A stretch of DNA of 64,000 nt, taken from contig JAKACP010000001.1 in the NCBI GenBank assembly GCA_021821305.1, positions 404,349-468,348 on the forward strand, read 5' to 3'. The position numbers and the translations under genes are program-made. The DNA comes from a bacterium. GTDB taxonomy: Bacteria; Patescibacteriota; Minisyncoccia; Moranbacterales; UBA1568. Positions 37,144 to 45,167 of the stretch are shown here, piece by piece. Each line of letters opens with the position of its first letter. Positions within the stretch are counted from its first letter, which is position 1. Under the pieces are notes generated by a model that was not told the origin of the DNA, did not search any database, and was given only the letters and a program-made list of their open reading frames with translations.

Positions 37144-37797
37144 TCAATATCCGACGTAGTACCGTATCTGGGCGCTTTCCTTCAGTCCGGATATCCACAG
37201 CTGGGCTTCCCCCTGGAGTTTCTGCTGTTTGAGGTCCTCTCCGATCTGTCTCCTGAATTCCTCCGTCGGTATCCCTTCCGGCGGAGTGACCCCGGAGTTC
37301 TTCATGTAGGCGTCTATTTCGGCATCTGTCGGGACGGCTTTTTCGGCGAGCAGTTTCTCGATCCTTTTCTGGATGGCGATCTGTTCACGGAGCGTTTCAC
37401 GGGTCATGTCCTGTGCCGCGAGCGCTTCGTCGAGCGTTCCGCCTCCCTGCCCGCCGGAGATCTGCCCTTCGATCTTCCGTATCTCGCCGTCGATCTCGTC
37501 TTCCGTCACGGTGACGTTCCGCCGGTCGAGTTCGGCCTCGATGAGCTTCCTGTCGATCATGGATTCGAGTGCTTCTTTCCCGCTCTGTCGTTCGAGCTCC
37601 CGTATGACGGCGAGCCGGCTGACGGGCGAGCCGTTCACCGTTGCCGCCACCAGGAATCCTTCGGTGAAGAGTATGGCCGCGAGCACGAAAAGCGCCGCGA
37701 TCCCGATGGCGACAAAGACCGGTTTCCGCCCGATCCGACGCGATGACTTCTTTTCTTCCTGATCGGTGTCCCGTTTCGGTTCGTTCGTGTCGTTCAT
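37144..37797 (-). CDS. SurA N-terminal-domain periplasmic chaperone-like protein (no PPIase domain)
   Basis: N-terminal TM (VFVAIGIAALFVLAAILF) then a helical domain AATVNGSPVSRLAVIRELERQSG...LIEAELDRRNVTVTEDEID...REQIAIQKRIEKLL, typical of the SurA_N/PpiD N-domain. The protein ends without a parvulin domain. The overlapping + ORF at 37042-37746 is low-complexity and rejected. Confidence 0.55.
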   Translation of the reverse strand: MNDTNEPKRDTDQEEKKSSRRIGRKPVFVAIGIAALFVLAAILFTEGFLVAATVNGSPVSRLAVIRELERQSGKEALESMIDRKLIEAELDRRNVTVTEDEIDGEIRKIEGQISGGQGGGTLDEALAAQDMTRETLREQIAIQKRIEKLLAEKAVPTDAEIDAYMKNSGVTPPEGIPTEEFRRQIGEDLKQQKLQGEAQLWISGLKESAQIRYYVGY

Positions 37798-37849
37798 GAT
37801 GTCGTGTTCTTATACGTGGTTTATGCTTGGCGGATATTCCGCCTCGTGG

Positions 37850-38401
37850 CTACTTCGTTCCTATCTTGCACATGGACGGGTTTTCTATCTGTCGGGCCGC
37901 GGCATATATGGTCGCGGCGAGGAGCAGCGTTCCGATGACACCGAACTCGCCGCCATCGAGCGGAAGGAGCGCTACCGCGCCCGATGCACCGAGAAGCGAC
38001 AGCGTCCCCGGAAGCAGGAACGATCCGCAAGCCGCGCATCCGACTCCCAGGGCGCCGCTTCCTACTCCGAGGAACCCTGTCAGCATTCCGCCCTGACGGG
38101 TTTTTCCGGTCCGACTCCGGAGGACGTAGGCCGTCATGGCGATATAGATTCCGAACAGGATGGCGATCGCGACCGTGTAGGAAGCCGAGAACGGGGTGAA
38201 GTTCGTCGCGATCGATCCCGAGAGACTCGCGAGCAGGCCGATCTTTTCCGAAACGGGGATGTCAGAGGATCCGATCACGCTCGTGATGAGGGAGATATTG
38301 GGAAGCCACGTGGCGAGGAGGAACATGGCCGCGCTCACGCCCGAGGCAAGCACGACGAAGCGGGGATCCCGGAAGACTTTTTTCAATGCGGGAAGAATCA
38401 T
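37850..38401 (-). CDS. Polytopic membrane protein with an intramembrane CxxC (GVGCAACGSF); putative thiol-disulfide partner of the adjacent DsbA-like protein
   Basis: Start chosen at Met77 of the ORF-track frame (plus-strand cat 38399-38401), 10 nt downstream of the DsbA-like stop. The upstream part of the track ORF overlaps that gene. 4-5 TMs. Not a good match to VKOR or DsbB by motif, so family unassigned. Confidence 0.45.
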   Translation of the reverse strand: MILPALKKVFRDPRFVVLASGVSAAMFLLATWLPNISLITSVIGSSDIPVSEKIGLLASLSGSIATNFTPFSASYTVAIAILFGIYIAMTAYVLRSRTGKTRQGGMLTGFLGVGSGALGVGCAACGSFLLPGTLSLLGASGAVALLPLDGGEFGVIGTLLLAATIYAAARQIENPSMCKIGTK

Positions 38402-38411
38402 ACGGTTCGCG

Positions 38412-39203
38412 TTACTTTTCTTCCGAGGCGAGTCCGATGAGCCGCTCGATCGCTGTAGCGGTCTGTGCTCCCGAAAGCGGATACTTCTTTCCGTCGGCTC
38501 CCATGACGATGCTCCACGGCGTCCCGTTGCCTCCCGTGGCGACCGCGTCCTGCACATGGCCCTCGATTTTTTCCGCGTATTTTCCGCTCGCGAGACATTC
38601 ATCGAATTTCCCGGTATCAAGCCCGACATATTTTGCGATCTTCGGAAGTTCGGCCGGGTCGAGTCCGTCGTTCGCCGGCGTCACCTCCATGAGGCGGTCG
38701 AGGTACGCCCAAAATGCGTCGTTCCCGCCCAGTTCGGCGGCGCATTCCGTGGCTTCGGCTTCCTTGCGCGCCTTTTGATGTAGCTGGTCTATAGGGAAAT
38801 GCCGGTACACCCATGCGACTTTTCCGTCCTCGGCGTACTTCTCCGTCACCTGTTTCATGGTGAGATGGAACTTCTTGCAGAACGGACACTCGGTGTCCGA
38901 ATATTCGACGATCTTGATGGGTGCGTTCGGATTGCCGCGGATATGGTCCGTCTCCGAGACGGGGGCCATCCGATCGAGCGATGTACCGTCTTCTCCGACA
39001 AGGTCCCGCTCCGCGGCCGCTTCCGTGTCGCCCGCGGTCGTCGGCGCGTTCTTTCCGGACGAATAGACGATCGCTCCGGCGATGAGGATGCCCGAGGCGA
39101 CGATGGCCAGAGGGGACATCAGGTTCTGTCGGTGCGACGCCGCCGGTCGGCTCCGCTCCGCTTCGTGATTTCGGTCCTGATCATTCATAGGTTTTTCTTT
39201 CAT
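38412..39203 (-). CDS. DsbA-like thioredoxin-fold protein, membrane-anchored
   Basis: N-terminal TM (LAIVASGILIAGAIVY). Active site CPFC (YSDTECPFCKKFH). A C-terminal cis-Pro region (GTPWSIV). Internal alternative starts are possible. Confidence 0.8.
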   Translation of the reverse strand: MKEKPMNDQDRNHEAERSRPAASHRQNLMSPLAIVASGILIAGAIVYSSGKNAPTTAGDTEAAAERDLVGEDGTSLDRMAPVSETDHIRGNPNAPIKIVEYSDTECPFCKKFHLTMKQVTEKYAEDGKVAWVYRHFPIDQLHQKARKEAEATECAAELGGNDAFWAYLDRLMEVTPANDGLDPAELPKIAKYVGLDTGKFDECLASGKYAEKIEGHVQDAVATGGNGTPWSIVMGADGKKYPLSGAQTATAIERLIGLASEEK

Positions 39204-39267
39204 GGTTATATGGTCTTCGTCGCCGTTCCGGCGGACATATGGGAAAGATGTTCCGTCGGTAGCGGGT

Positions 39268-39693
39268 TCAACCGCACGGATGAATCTTCGGATTGAGGAT
39301 GCCGCGCGCGAAGGCCAGCTTCAACCGATCGAAAAGGAACGATTCGGGATCTCGGAAGAGCGCGCGTCCGACCGTCGAGGCATGTCGGTCGTACGACCCG
39401 ACCGGAAGGTGCGTGCCGATGGCTACGGAGGCGGCGGTCGCGGACAGGACGAGGAGGATCGAAAGGATCGGATCGGTTTCCGGAAGGGACGAGGTGAACA
39501 GATCTTGTATGGAATATATCCGCTCTGACGACATCGGACAGTCCGCCCGCGTGTCGGAATGGAGCGAGAACCCGGGTTGTTCCTGAGTATGATACGCCGT
39601 CGCGGGCGCCTTCCGTGAGCAGGATACGCTGAAAGTGAGCGCGGAAAGCGCCAGGAAGACCGCCAGGAATCTCATGGGGGAATGGGTGTTCAT
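39268..39693 (-). CDS. Hypothetical secreted protein / lipoprotein candidate
   Basis: Signal-like N-terminus MNTHSPMRFLAVFLALSALTFSVSCSRK. A -10 TAGAAT sits 9 nt upstream of this ATG on the minus strand. The longer track ORF (to 39768) starts upstream of that promoter. Confidence 0.4.
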   Translation of the reverse strand: MNTHSPMRFLAVFLALSALTFSVSCSRKAPATAYHTQEQPGFSLHSDTRADCPMSSERIYSIQDLFTSSLPETDPILSILLVLSATAASVAIGTHLPVGSYDRHASTVGRALFRDPESFLFDRLKLAFARGILNPKIHPCG

Positions 39694-39821
39694 GGGTCCG
39701 GACATTCTAGCACGATTCGGCGGTATGGGCGAGTGCCCATGATCCGTCGGCAGGGGAGCGCGAGCCATGACGGCCGTGAAAGATGCCTTGCCCCGGGCTT
39801 TCCCCGTATGTCAGGTCATCC

Positions 39822-39850
39822 GCTTGACAGGGGCTCCGATTCTGAATATC
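39822..39850 (+). promoter_or_regulatory. Sigma70 promoter of greA
   Basis: TTGACA (39822-27), 17-nt spacer, TATCAT (39845-50). Confidence 0.55.
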
Positions 39851-39871
39851 ATTGAGACGATTTTCATCCGA

Positions 39872-39900
39872 TCGTGGCTCGTGCCACGATTTTTACCACC
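39872..39900 (+). promoter_or_regulatory. Promoter-proximal terminator-like hairpin in the greA leader (possible attenuator)
   Basis: atcgtggc-tcgt-gccacgat followed by ttttacc, about 25 nt downstream of the predicted transcription start and 27 nt upstream of the ATG. Confidence 0.4.
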
Positions 39901-39924
39901 ATAACACCCTAGTAAAACGACATC

Positions 39925-40380
39925 ATGTCCAGAATTCTCACGCAGGAAGGGATCAAGAAACTCGAAGATGAGCTCGACGATCGCAAGGGTCGAATCCGTC
40001 AGGAGATATCCCAGGCCATCAAGGAGGCGAAGGAACAGGGGGACCTTTCCGAGAACGCCGAGTACAGCGAAGCCAAGCATCAGCAGAACGAGAACGAGAC
40101 GCGCATCCTCGAACTCGAGGCCATGCTCAAGGGCGCGGTGATCGCCGAACCCGCCAAGGGATCGTCACTGGTGCAGATCGGGTCGAACGTCGTCATCGAT
40201 TGCGCCGGCAAGGAGATGAAGTTCGTCATCGTCGGGACGAACGAAGTCGATCCCGCACAGGGAAAGATCTCGGGCGAATCGCCGATCGGCAAGGCGCTCA
40301 TGGGGAAATCGAAGGGCGAGGGCGTCGAGATCGACATCCCGGCCGGAAAGATGAAATGCACGGTCGTTTCCATCGGATAG
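39925..40380 (+). CDS. greA: Transcription elongation factor GreA
   Basis: N-terminal coiled coil with the acidic tip (EAKEQGDLSENAEYSEAK) and a C-terminal FKBP-like domain. 151 aa. Confidence 0.95.
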   Translation: MSRILTQEGIKKLEDELDDRKGRIRQEISQAIKEAKEQGDLSENAEYSEAKHQQNENETRILELEAMLKGAVIAEPAKGSSLVQIGSNVVIDCAGKEMKFVIVGTNEVDPAQGKISGESPIGKALMGKSKGEGVEIDIPAGKMKCTVVSIG

Positions 40381-40390
40381 ATATCCTACG

Positions 40391-40418
40391 AAAAACCCCC
40401 GGAAGGGGGTTTTCTCTT
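40391..40418 (+). terminator. Rho-independent terminator after greA
   Basis: aaccccc-ggaa-gggggtt followed by ttctcttg. Confidence 0.75.
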
Positions 40419-40619
40419 GTACTCCGCCCGAGAAACGGCTAGAATGGTCTAAGAGCCTGCTGAAAAAGTCCGTATTCTGCTGCAATCCCGGAATTCCGGC
40501 TGCAAAATCCGTGCATCTCGTCGGGTTATATTCCATATAGCCCTCCTCCATCCACGAATTTTTCGCTCGGAATTCCACGATTTCGCGACGAAAGAGACTT
40601 TCTCAACAGGCTCTGGGTA

Positions 40620-42098
40620 ATGCCTGTATCAAAACCGATGCGCGAAGATATCGTCACCGCGAAAGAAGAGAAACTGAACCGGCTCGAGGAGGCGGTCGGT
40701 TCCGCCTATCCGGAGAAAACGCCGCGGACCCATACGAACCAAGAGGCGCTCGACGCGTTCGACGCGCTTTCGGCTGACGGCGGCGAGGTTTCGCTCGTCG
40801 GGCGCGTGCGCTCGCTCCGCGTCATGGGCAAGATCGCCTTCGCCCATATCGAGGACGGGAGCGGAAAGATCCAGGTCTTCCTTTCCGAGGGCGAGATCGG
40901 CCATGACGCGTTCGCGCTTTTCTCCGACAATATCGAGAGCGGCGACTTCATCGCGGCGACCGGGACGATGTTTCTCACGAAGAAGGGCGAGAAGACGCTG
41001 TCCGCGAAATCCTGGAGCATCCTTTCCAAATCCATGCGCCCGATCCCGACCGAGTTCTACGGGCTCAAGGACGAGGAGGAGCTCCTGCGTCGGCGCTACC
41101 TCGACTTGCTCTCGAATACGGAGACTCGCGACCTGTTCCGAAAGAAGAACCGCTTCTGGCAGACGATCCGGCAGTTTCTCGCGGAACGGGATTTCCTCGA
41201 GGTGCAGACGCCGGTGCTCGAACATATCCCCGGCGGCGCCGAAGCGGAACCGTTCACGACGCATCACAACGCGCTCGATCAGGATTTCTATCTTCGCATC
41301 TCGCTCGAGCTCTCGCTCAAGCGTCTTCTCGTCGGCGGGTATGAGCGCGTATTCGAGATCGGTCGCGTGTTCCGCAACGAAGGCATCGACCGGGAGCACC
41401 TCCAGGAATTCGATCACATGGAGTTCTATTCGGCCTATACGGACCTCGGACAGGGGATGGCGATGGTCGAGGAGCTCTACCGCGCCGTCGCGGGAGCCGT
41501 GACGGATGGCGGCATGAAGACCTCGCACGAGGGCGACGTCGAGATCGATTGGGGGAAGCCGTTTCCGCGTGTCGACTATTTCACGGAATTCAGGAAGGAA
41601 ACGGACATCGACCTGTCGGCGGAGGTGACCGCCCTGGAGCTCAGGAAGAAGGCGGACGAGCTCGGCATCCGGTACGAGGCGTCCTACGGTCTCGGCAGGA
41701 TGATCGACACCCTCTACAAGAAAACGGTCCGACAGAAACTGATCGAGCCGTGTTTCCTCGTGGGGCATCCGATCGCCGTCTCGCCCCTGGCGAAGATCGA
41801 TCCCTCGGATCCGAAGAAGGCGCTCCGCATGCAGCCGGTCGCGCTCAAGAGCGAGCTCGGCAACGGCTTCGCGGAATTGAACGATCCGGCCGACCAGCGC
41901 CGCCGGTTCGAGGAACAGATGAAGCTCCGCGCCGCGGGCGACAAGGAAGGCATGATGCTCGACGAGGACTTCCTCGAAGCGCTCGAATACGGGATGCCGC
42001 CGGCGTTCGGGTTCGGTATGAGCGAGCGGCTCTTCGCCGTCCTCATGAACCGATCCGTCCGTGAGACGGTCATCTTTCCCCCGATGAAGGAACGGTAG
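40620..42098 (+). CDS. lysS: Lysyl-tRNA synthetase (class II)
   Basis: N-terminal OB domain (GRVRSLRVMGKIAFAHIEDGSGKIQVF). Motif 2 FRNEGIDREHLQEFDHMEFY. Motif 3 GFGMSERLFAVLMN. Confidence 0.95.
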   Translation: MPVSKPMREDIVTAKEEKLNRLEEAVGSAYPEKTPRTHTNQEALDAFDALSADGGEVSLVGRVRSLRVMGKIAFAHIEDGSGKIQVFLSEGEIGHDAFALFSDNIESGDFIAATGTMFLTKKGEKTLSAKSWSILSKSMRPIPTEFYGLKDEEELLRRRYLDLLSNTETRDLFRKKNRFWQTIRQFLAERDFLEVQTPVLEHIPGGAEAEPFTTHHNALDQDFYLRISLELSLKRLLVGGYERVFEIGRVFRNEGIDREHLQEFDHMEFYSAYTDLGQGMAMVEELYRAVAGAVTDGGMKTSHEGDVEIDWGKPFPRVDYFTEFRKETDIDLSAEVTALELRKKADELGIRYEASYGLGRMIDTLYKKTVRQKLIEPCFLVGHPIAVSPLAKIDPSDPKKALRMQPVALKSELGNGFAELNDPADQRRRFEEQMKLRAAGDKEGMMLDEDFLEALEYGMPPAFGFGMSERLFAVLMNRSVRETVIFPPMKER

Positions 42099-42167
42099 AT
42101 AGGAGAATCTGGACAAAGGGCGTATTTCAGGTAAGATGACTGTTAGCTGTTCCTTGGCAGTCGATTC

Positions 42168-42241
42168 GGTCGCATAGTTCAGTTGGTTAGAACGTTCGAT
42201 TCACATTCGAAAGGTCCCTGGTTCGAGTCCAGGTGCGACCA
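42168..42241 (+). tRNA. tRNA-Val (anticodon CAC)
   Basis: Manual fold: acceptor GGUCGCA/UGCGACC, U8, D-stem GUUC/GAAC, anticodon stem UUCGA/UCGAA with loop UUCACAU (CAC), T-arm CCUGG-UUCGAGU-CCAGG. No encoded CCA. Upstream promoter TGGACA-17-TAAGAT (42117-42146). Confidence 0.85.
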
Positions 42242-42349
42242 CAAAAAAGAGGGTCAGTGGTTCCCCGCCCGACCAGAATGACTTCGGTCATTCGGGCGGG
42301 GAGTCCACTATCATCCACCATATTCTCCGTTTCGGTTGTAGTAACGGGC

Positions 42350-43534
42350 ATGGAGAGACATATCCTCGATTCCACGAAAAAAATCGCCATTTTCGCGCTC
42401 ATAATTCTCGGAGCACTCGGTTTCGTGCTGTGGGAACGATCGGGAGATATCGAGGAACGGGTCGCTGCTCCAGCCGACATTCCGGTCAGCATCGGAGAGG
42501 AAGCGGCGCGCGAGGACGGAGCGGATGCCATGCAGGAGGCGGTTTCCGTCGTCGCCGAGAACCTCTCCGTTCCGTGGGAGGTCGCGTTCCTTCCCGATGG
42601 CGGCATGCTCGTCACCGAACGGCCGGGTACGATCAAGCGCATCGGGACGGACGGCGTCACGATCCCGATAGATGGAGTACGGCACACGGGCGAGGGCGGA
42701 CTCCTCGGGATGGCGCTTCACCCGCGCTTCGGGGAGAACGGATGGATCTATCTGTATCTCACGACCGCCGCGGATGGCGGCCTCACGAATCGCGTCGAGC
42801 GGTATCGGCTCGAGGGGAACGAGCTGAAAGAGCGCGCGCTCATCCTGGGCGGTATTCCGGGCGCCATGTACCACGACGGCGGACGGATCGCTTTCGGACC
42901 GGACGGGTATCTCTATATCGCGACGGGCGATGCGACACGGGAAAGTCTCGCGCAGGACAGGGCATCGCTTGCCGGGAAAATCCTGCGCATCCGTGACGAC
43001 GGCTCCGTTCCCGATGACAATCCCTTCGGTACGGCGGTGTATTCGTACGGGCATCGCAACGTCCAAGGACTCGCCTGGGACGAGTCCGGGAACCTCTGGG
43101 CGACGGAACATGGCCGCTCGGGTCTCCGCTCCGGCTACGATGAGCTGAACCGCATCGAAAAAGGCGGCAACTACGGGTGGCCGGACATCGAGGGCGACGA
43201 ACGGCGAGACGGCATGACGACGCCCGTCATCCATTCCGGAGCGACGACGACATGGGCACCTTCCGGCGCGGCGTACCTGAATGGAAGTATCTTCTTCTCG
43301 AGTCTCCGCGGCGAATCCCTCTATGAGGCGAGACTCGACGCCGATCGGAACGGTGTCCGGGAGCTTCGTGTCCATTTCAAGGGTGAGTACGGACGGATCC
43401 GCGCGGTCGTTGTCGGTCCGGACGGATATCTCTTCCTCTCGACCTCGAATACCGACGGGCGGGGAAACCCCGGGACTGGAGACGACAGGATCCTGAAGGT
43501 GAACCCGGAAGAGGTATCGTCGCTTCAGCGGTGA
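42350..43534 (+). CDS. PQQ-dependent sugar dehydrogenase (soluble glucose/sorbosone dehydrogenase family), N-terminally membrane-anchored
   Basis: N-terminal TM (IAIFALIILGALGFVLW) then a 6-bladed propeller with GSDH-family motifs (LLGMALHP, SYGHRNVQGLAWDESGNLWATEHG, GGNYGWP). The ORF-track start at 42233 overlaps the tRNA and is rejected. Confidence 0.8.
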   Translation: MERHILDSTKKIAIFALIILGALGFVLWERSGDIEERVAAPADIPVSIGEEAAREDGADAMQEAVSVVAENLSVPWEVAFLPDGGMLVTERPGTIKRIGTDGVTIPIDGVRHTGEGGLLGMALHPRFGENGWIYLYLTTAADGGLTNRVERYRLEGNELKERALILGGIPGAMYHDGGRIAFGPDGYLYIATGDATRESLAQDRASLAGKILRIRDDGSVPDDNPFGTAVYSYGHRNVQGLAWDESGNLWATEHGRSGLRSGYDELNRIEKGGNYGWPDIEGDERRDGMTTPVIHSGATTTWAPSGAAYLNGSIFFSSLRGESLYEARLDADRNGVRELRVHFKGEYGRIRAVVVGPDGYLFLSTSNTDGRGNPGTGDDRILKVNPEEVSSLQR

Positions 43535-43617
43535 TGCTTTTTGCTTTTTTCAGGCGGAAGTTATAAGCTAAGAGCTGTATTCCGTATCTAAAAGCTCTAA
43601 GCCAGCCAGCTACCCTT

Positions 43618-44943
43618 ATGCTCGATATCCGATTCATCCGCGAGAATGAAGATGCCGTGAGAGAGGCGATCAGGAACAAGAACCTTGCTCTCGATCTCGA
43701 CCGACTGTTCGCCGCCGACCAGGATCGCCTGACGCTTTCCCGCGAGCTTGAGGACCTCCGATCGGAAAAGAACGGTATCAATACCTTGATCCAGAACGCG
43801 AAGGACGACGCCGAGCGCGCCTCCGCGATCGCGAAAGGCAAGGACATCAAGGCGAGCATCGACACGCTCGAACCGCGGGTCCGCGAAGCCAAGCTTGCCT
43901 TCGAAGAGCTGATGGCCGAGGTGCCGAACATCGTCTCGCCGGATACGCCGGTCGGGAAGAGCGATGCGGACAATGTCGAAGTAGCGCGCGTTGGTAAATT
44001 GCCTGACTTTTCCTTTGTACCAAAGAATCATATCGAGCTCGGCACATCGCTCGACATTCTCGATCTCGAGCGCGGCGCCAAGGTCGGGGGGTTCCGCGGC
44101 TACTACCTCAAGAACGAGGGCGCGCTCCTCGCGCTCGGCGCCATGATGTACGCTCTGCACAAGCTGACGGACCGGGGCTATATCCCGATGATTCCGCCGA
44201 CCCTGGTCAAGGCATTCCCGCTTTTCGGGAGCGGATATTTCAAGGGGCTCGAATACGACGGGTCCGTCGACGAGATCTATCAGGTGGCGACCTCCGACAA
44301 GGAAGCCGACGGCAGCGCGTCGAAGGAGCAGAAATTCCTTGTCGGGACCGCGGAGCCGTCGCTCCTCGCGTATCATGCCGACGAGGTGCTCGACGGCAAC
44401 ACGCTTCCCTTGCGCTATGCCGGATTCAGCCAGTGCTATCGGAGCGAGATCGGTTCCTACGGCAAGGACACCAAGGGGATCTACCGCGTACACGAGTTCA
44501 TGAAGGTGGAGCAGGTCGTGCTCGTCCCGGCCGATATCGAGGCGGCGAACGCCGTCCAAGATGACATGATCGCGATCTCCGAGGAACTGCACCGCGATCT
44601 CGGGTTGCCGTACCGCAAGCTCCGGATCTCGACGGGGGACATGAGCGCCGGGAAGTATCGCGCGTTCGATCTCGAGGCGTGGATGCCGGGGCTCGGCCGC
44701 TACGGGGAGACCGGATCCGCGTCCAATTTCCTCGACTGGCAGGCGCGCCGGCTCAACGTGAAGTATACCGACGCGGAAACGGGGGAGAAACGGCATGTCT
44801 ATATGGTGAACAACACCGCGCTCGCCTCCGCGCGTACCGTCATCGCGATCCTCGAGAACCATCAAGAGGAGGATGGCTCGGTCGTCGTCCCGGAAGTCCT
44901 CCGTCCGTATGTCGGCAAGGAGCGGATCATACCGAAAGGGTAG
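43618..44943 (+). CDS. serS: Seryl-tRNA synthetase
   Basis: N-terminal coiled-coil tRNA-binding arm. Class II motifs FRGYYLKNEGALL, YRSEIGSYGKDTKGIYRVHEF and NNTALASARTVIAILENHQ. Confidence 0.95.
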   Translation: MLDIRFIRENEDAVREAIRNKNLALDLDRLFAADQDRLTLSRELEDLRSEKNGINTLIQNAKDDAERASAIAKGKDIKASIDTLEPRVREAKLAFEELMAEVPNIVSPDTPVGKSDADNVEVARVGKLPDFSFVPKNHIELGTSLDILDLERGAKVGGFRGYYLKNEGALLALGAMMYALHKLTDRGYIPMIPPTLVKAFPLFGSGYFKGLEYDGSVDEIYQVATSDKEADGSASKEQKFLVGTAEPSLLAYHADEVLDGNTLPLRYAGFSQCYRSEIGSYGKDTKGIYRVHEFMKVEQVVLVPADIEAANAVQDDMIAISEELHRDLGLPYRKLRISTGDMSAGKYRAFDLEAWMPGLGRYGETGSASNFLDWQARRLNVKYTDAETGEKRHVYMVNNTALASARTVIAILENHQEEDGSVVVPEVLRPYVGKERIIPKG

Positions 44944-45026
44944 GGGATAGGAATTCCACGGGAGGAAGGGATTGATTTTCTTTCCTTTCTGTTGTTTACT
45001 GTTAAATACTGTCTGTTATCGCGAAT

Positions 45027-45099
45027 GGGTGCGTAGCTCAGTTGGTAGAGCAGTGGCCTTTTAAGCCAACGGTCGAGGGTTCGAGCCCCCCCGCACCCA
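45027..45099 (+). tRNA. tRNA-Lys (anticodon UUU)
   Basis: Manual fold: acceptor GGGUGCG/CGCACCC, D-stem GCUC/GAGC, anticodon loop CUUUUAA (UUU), T-loop UUCGAGC. One A-C mismatch in the T-stem and G27-A43. No encoded CCA. A terminator follows at 45106-45135. Confidence 0.75.
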
Positions 45100-45105
45100 C
45101 ACATG

Positions 45106-45135
45106 GACCCGCCTCAGGCGGGTTTTTTGTTTTTC
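45106..45135 (+). terminator. Rho-independent terminator after tRNA-Lys
   Basis: cccgcc-tcag-ggcggg followed by ttttttgttttt. Confidence 0.75.
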
Positions 45136-45145
45136 CCGGGGCTTT

Positions 45146-45154
45146 TTGCTATAC
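45146..45154 (+). promoter_or_regulatory. Extended -10 promoter (TGcTATACT) of the BNR-lipoprotein gene
   Basis: ttttTGcTATACT. The same motif recurs at 25009, 48371 and 59470. The ATG at 45168 is about 7-10 nt from the predicted transcription start. Confidence 0.45.
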
Positions 45155-45167
45155 TCGGGGAAAATAG

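Noticed and set aside
37042-37746. 234-aa + strand ORF overlapping the SurA-N gene
   Set aside because: Low-complexity Pro/Phe/Asp-rich translation with no RBS. The minus-strand frame gives a coherent TM plus helical chaperone domain.
37850-38629. Full 259-aa ORF-track version of the CxxC membrane protein
   Set aside because: Its first 76 codons overlap the 3' end of the DsbA-like gene in another frame and are Arg/Ser-rich junk. Met77 starts the hydrophobic protein 10 nt after the upstream stop.
42233-42349. Upstream extension of the PQQ-dehydrogenase ORF starting at 42233
   Set aside because: It starts inside tRNA-Val and crosses a 15-bp hairpin. The ATG at 42350 begins directly at the TM anchor.
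45049-45092. Concern that tRNA-Lys has an A-C mismatch in the T-stem and G27-A43, so it might be a pseudogene
   Set aside because: All other arms, U8, U33, the T-loop and a perfect 7-bp acceptor stem are intact, and a terminator follows. Single mismatches are tolerated in tRNAs. Confidence is reduced but the call is kept.
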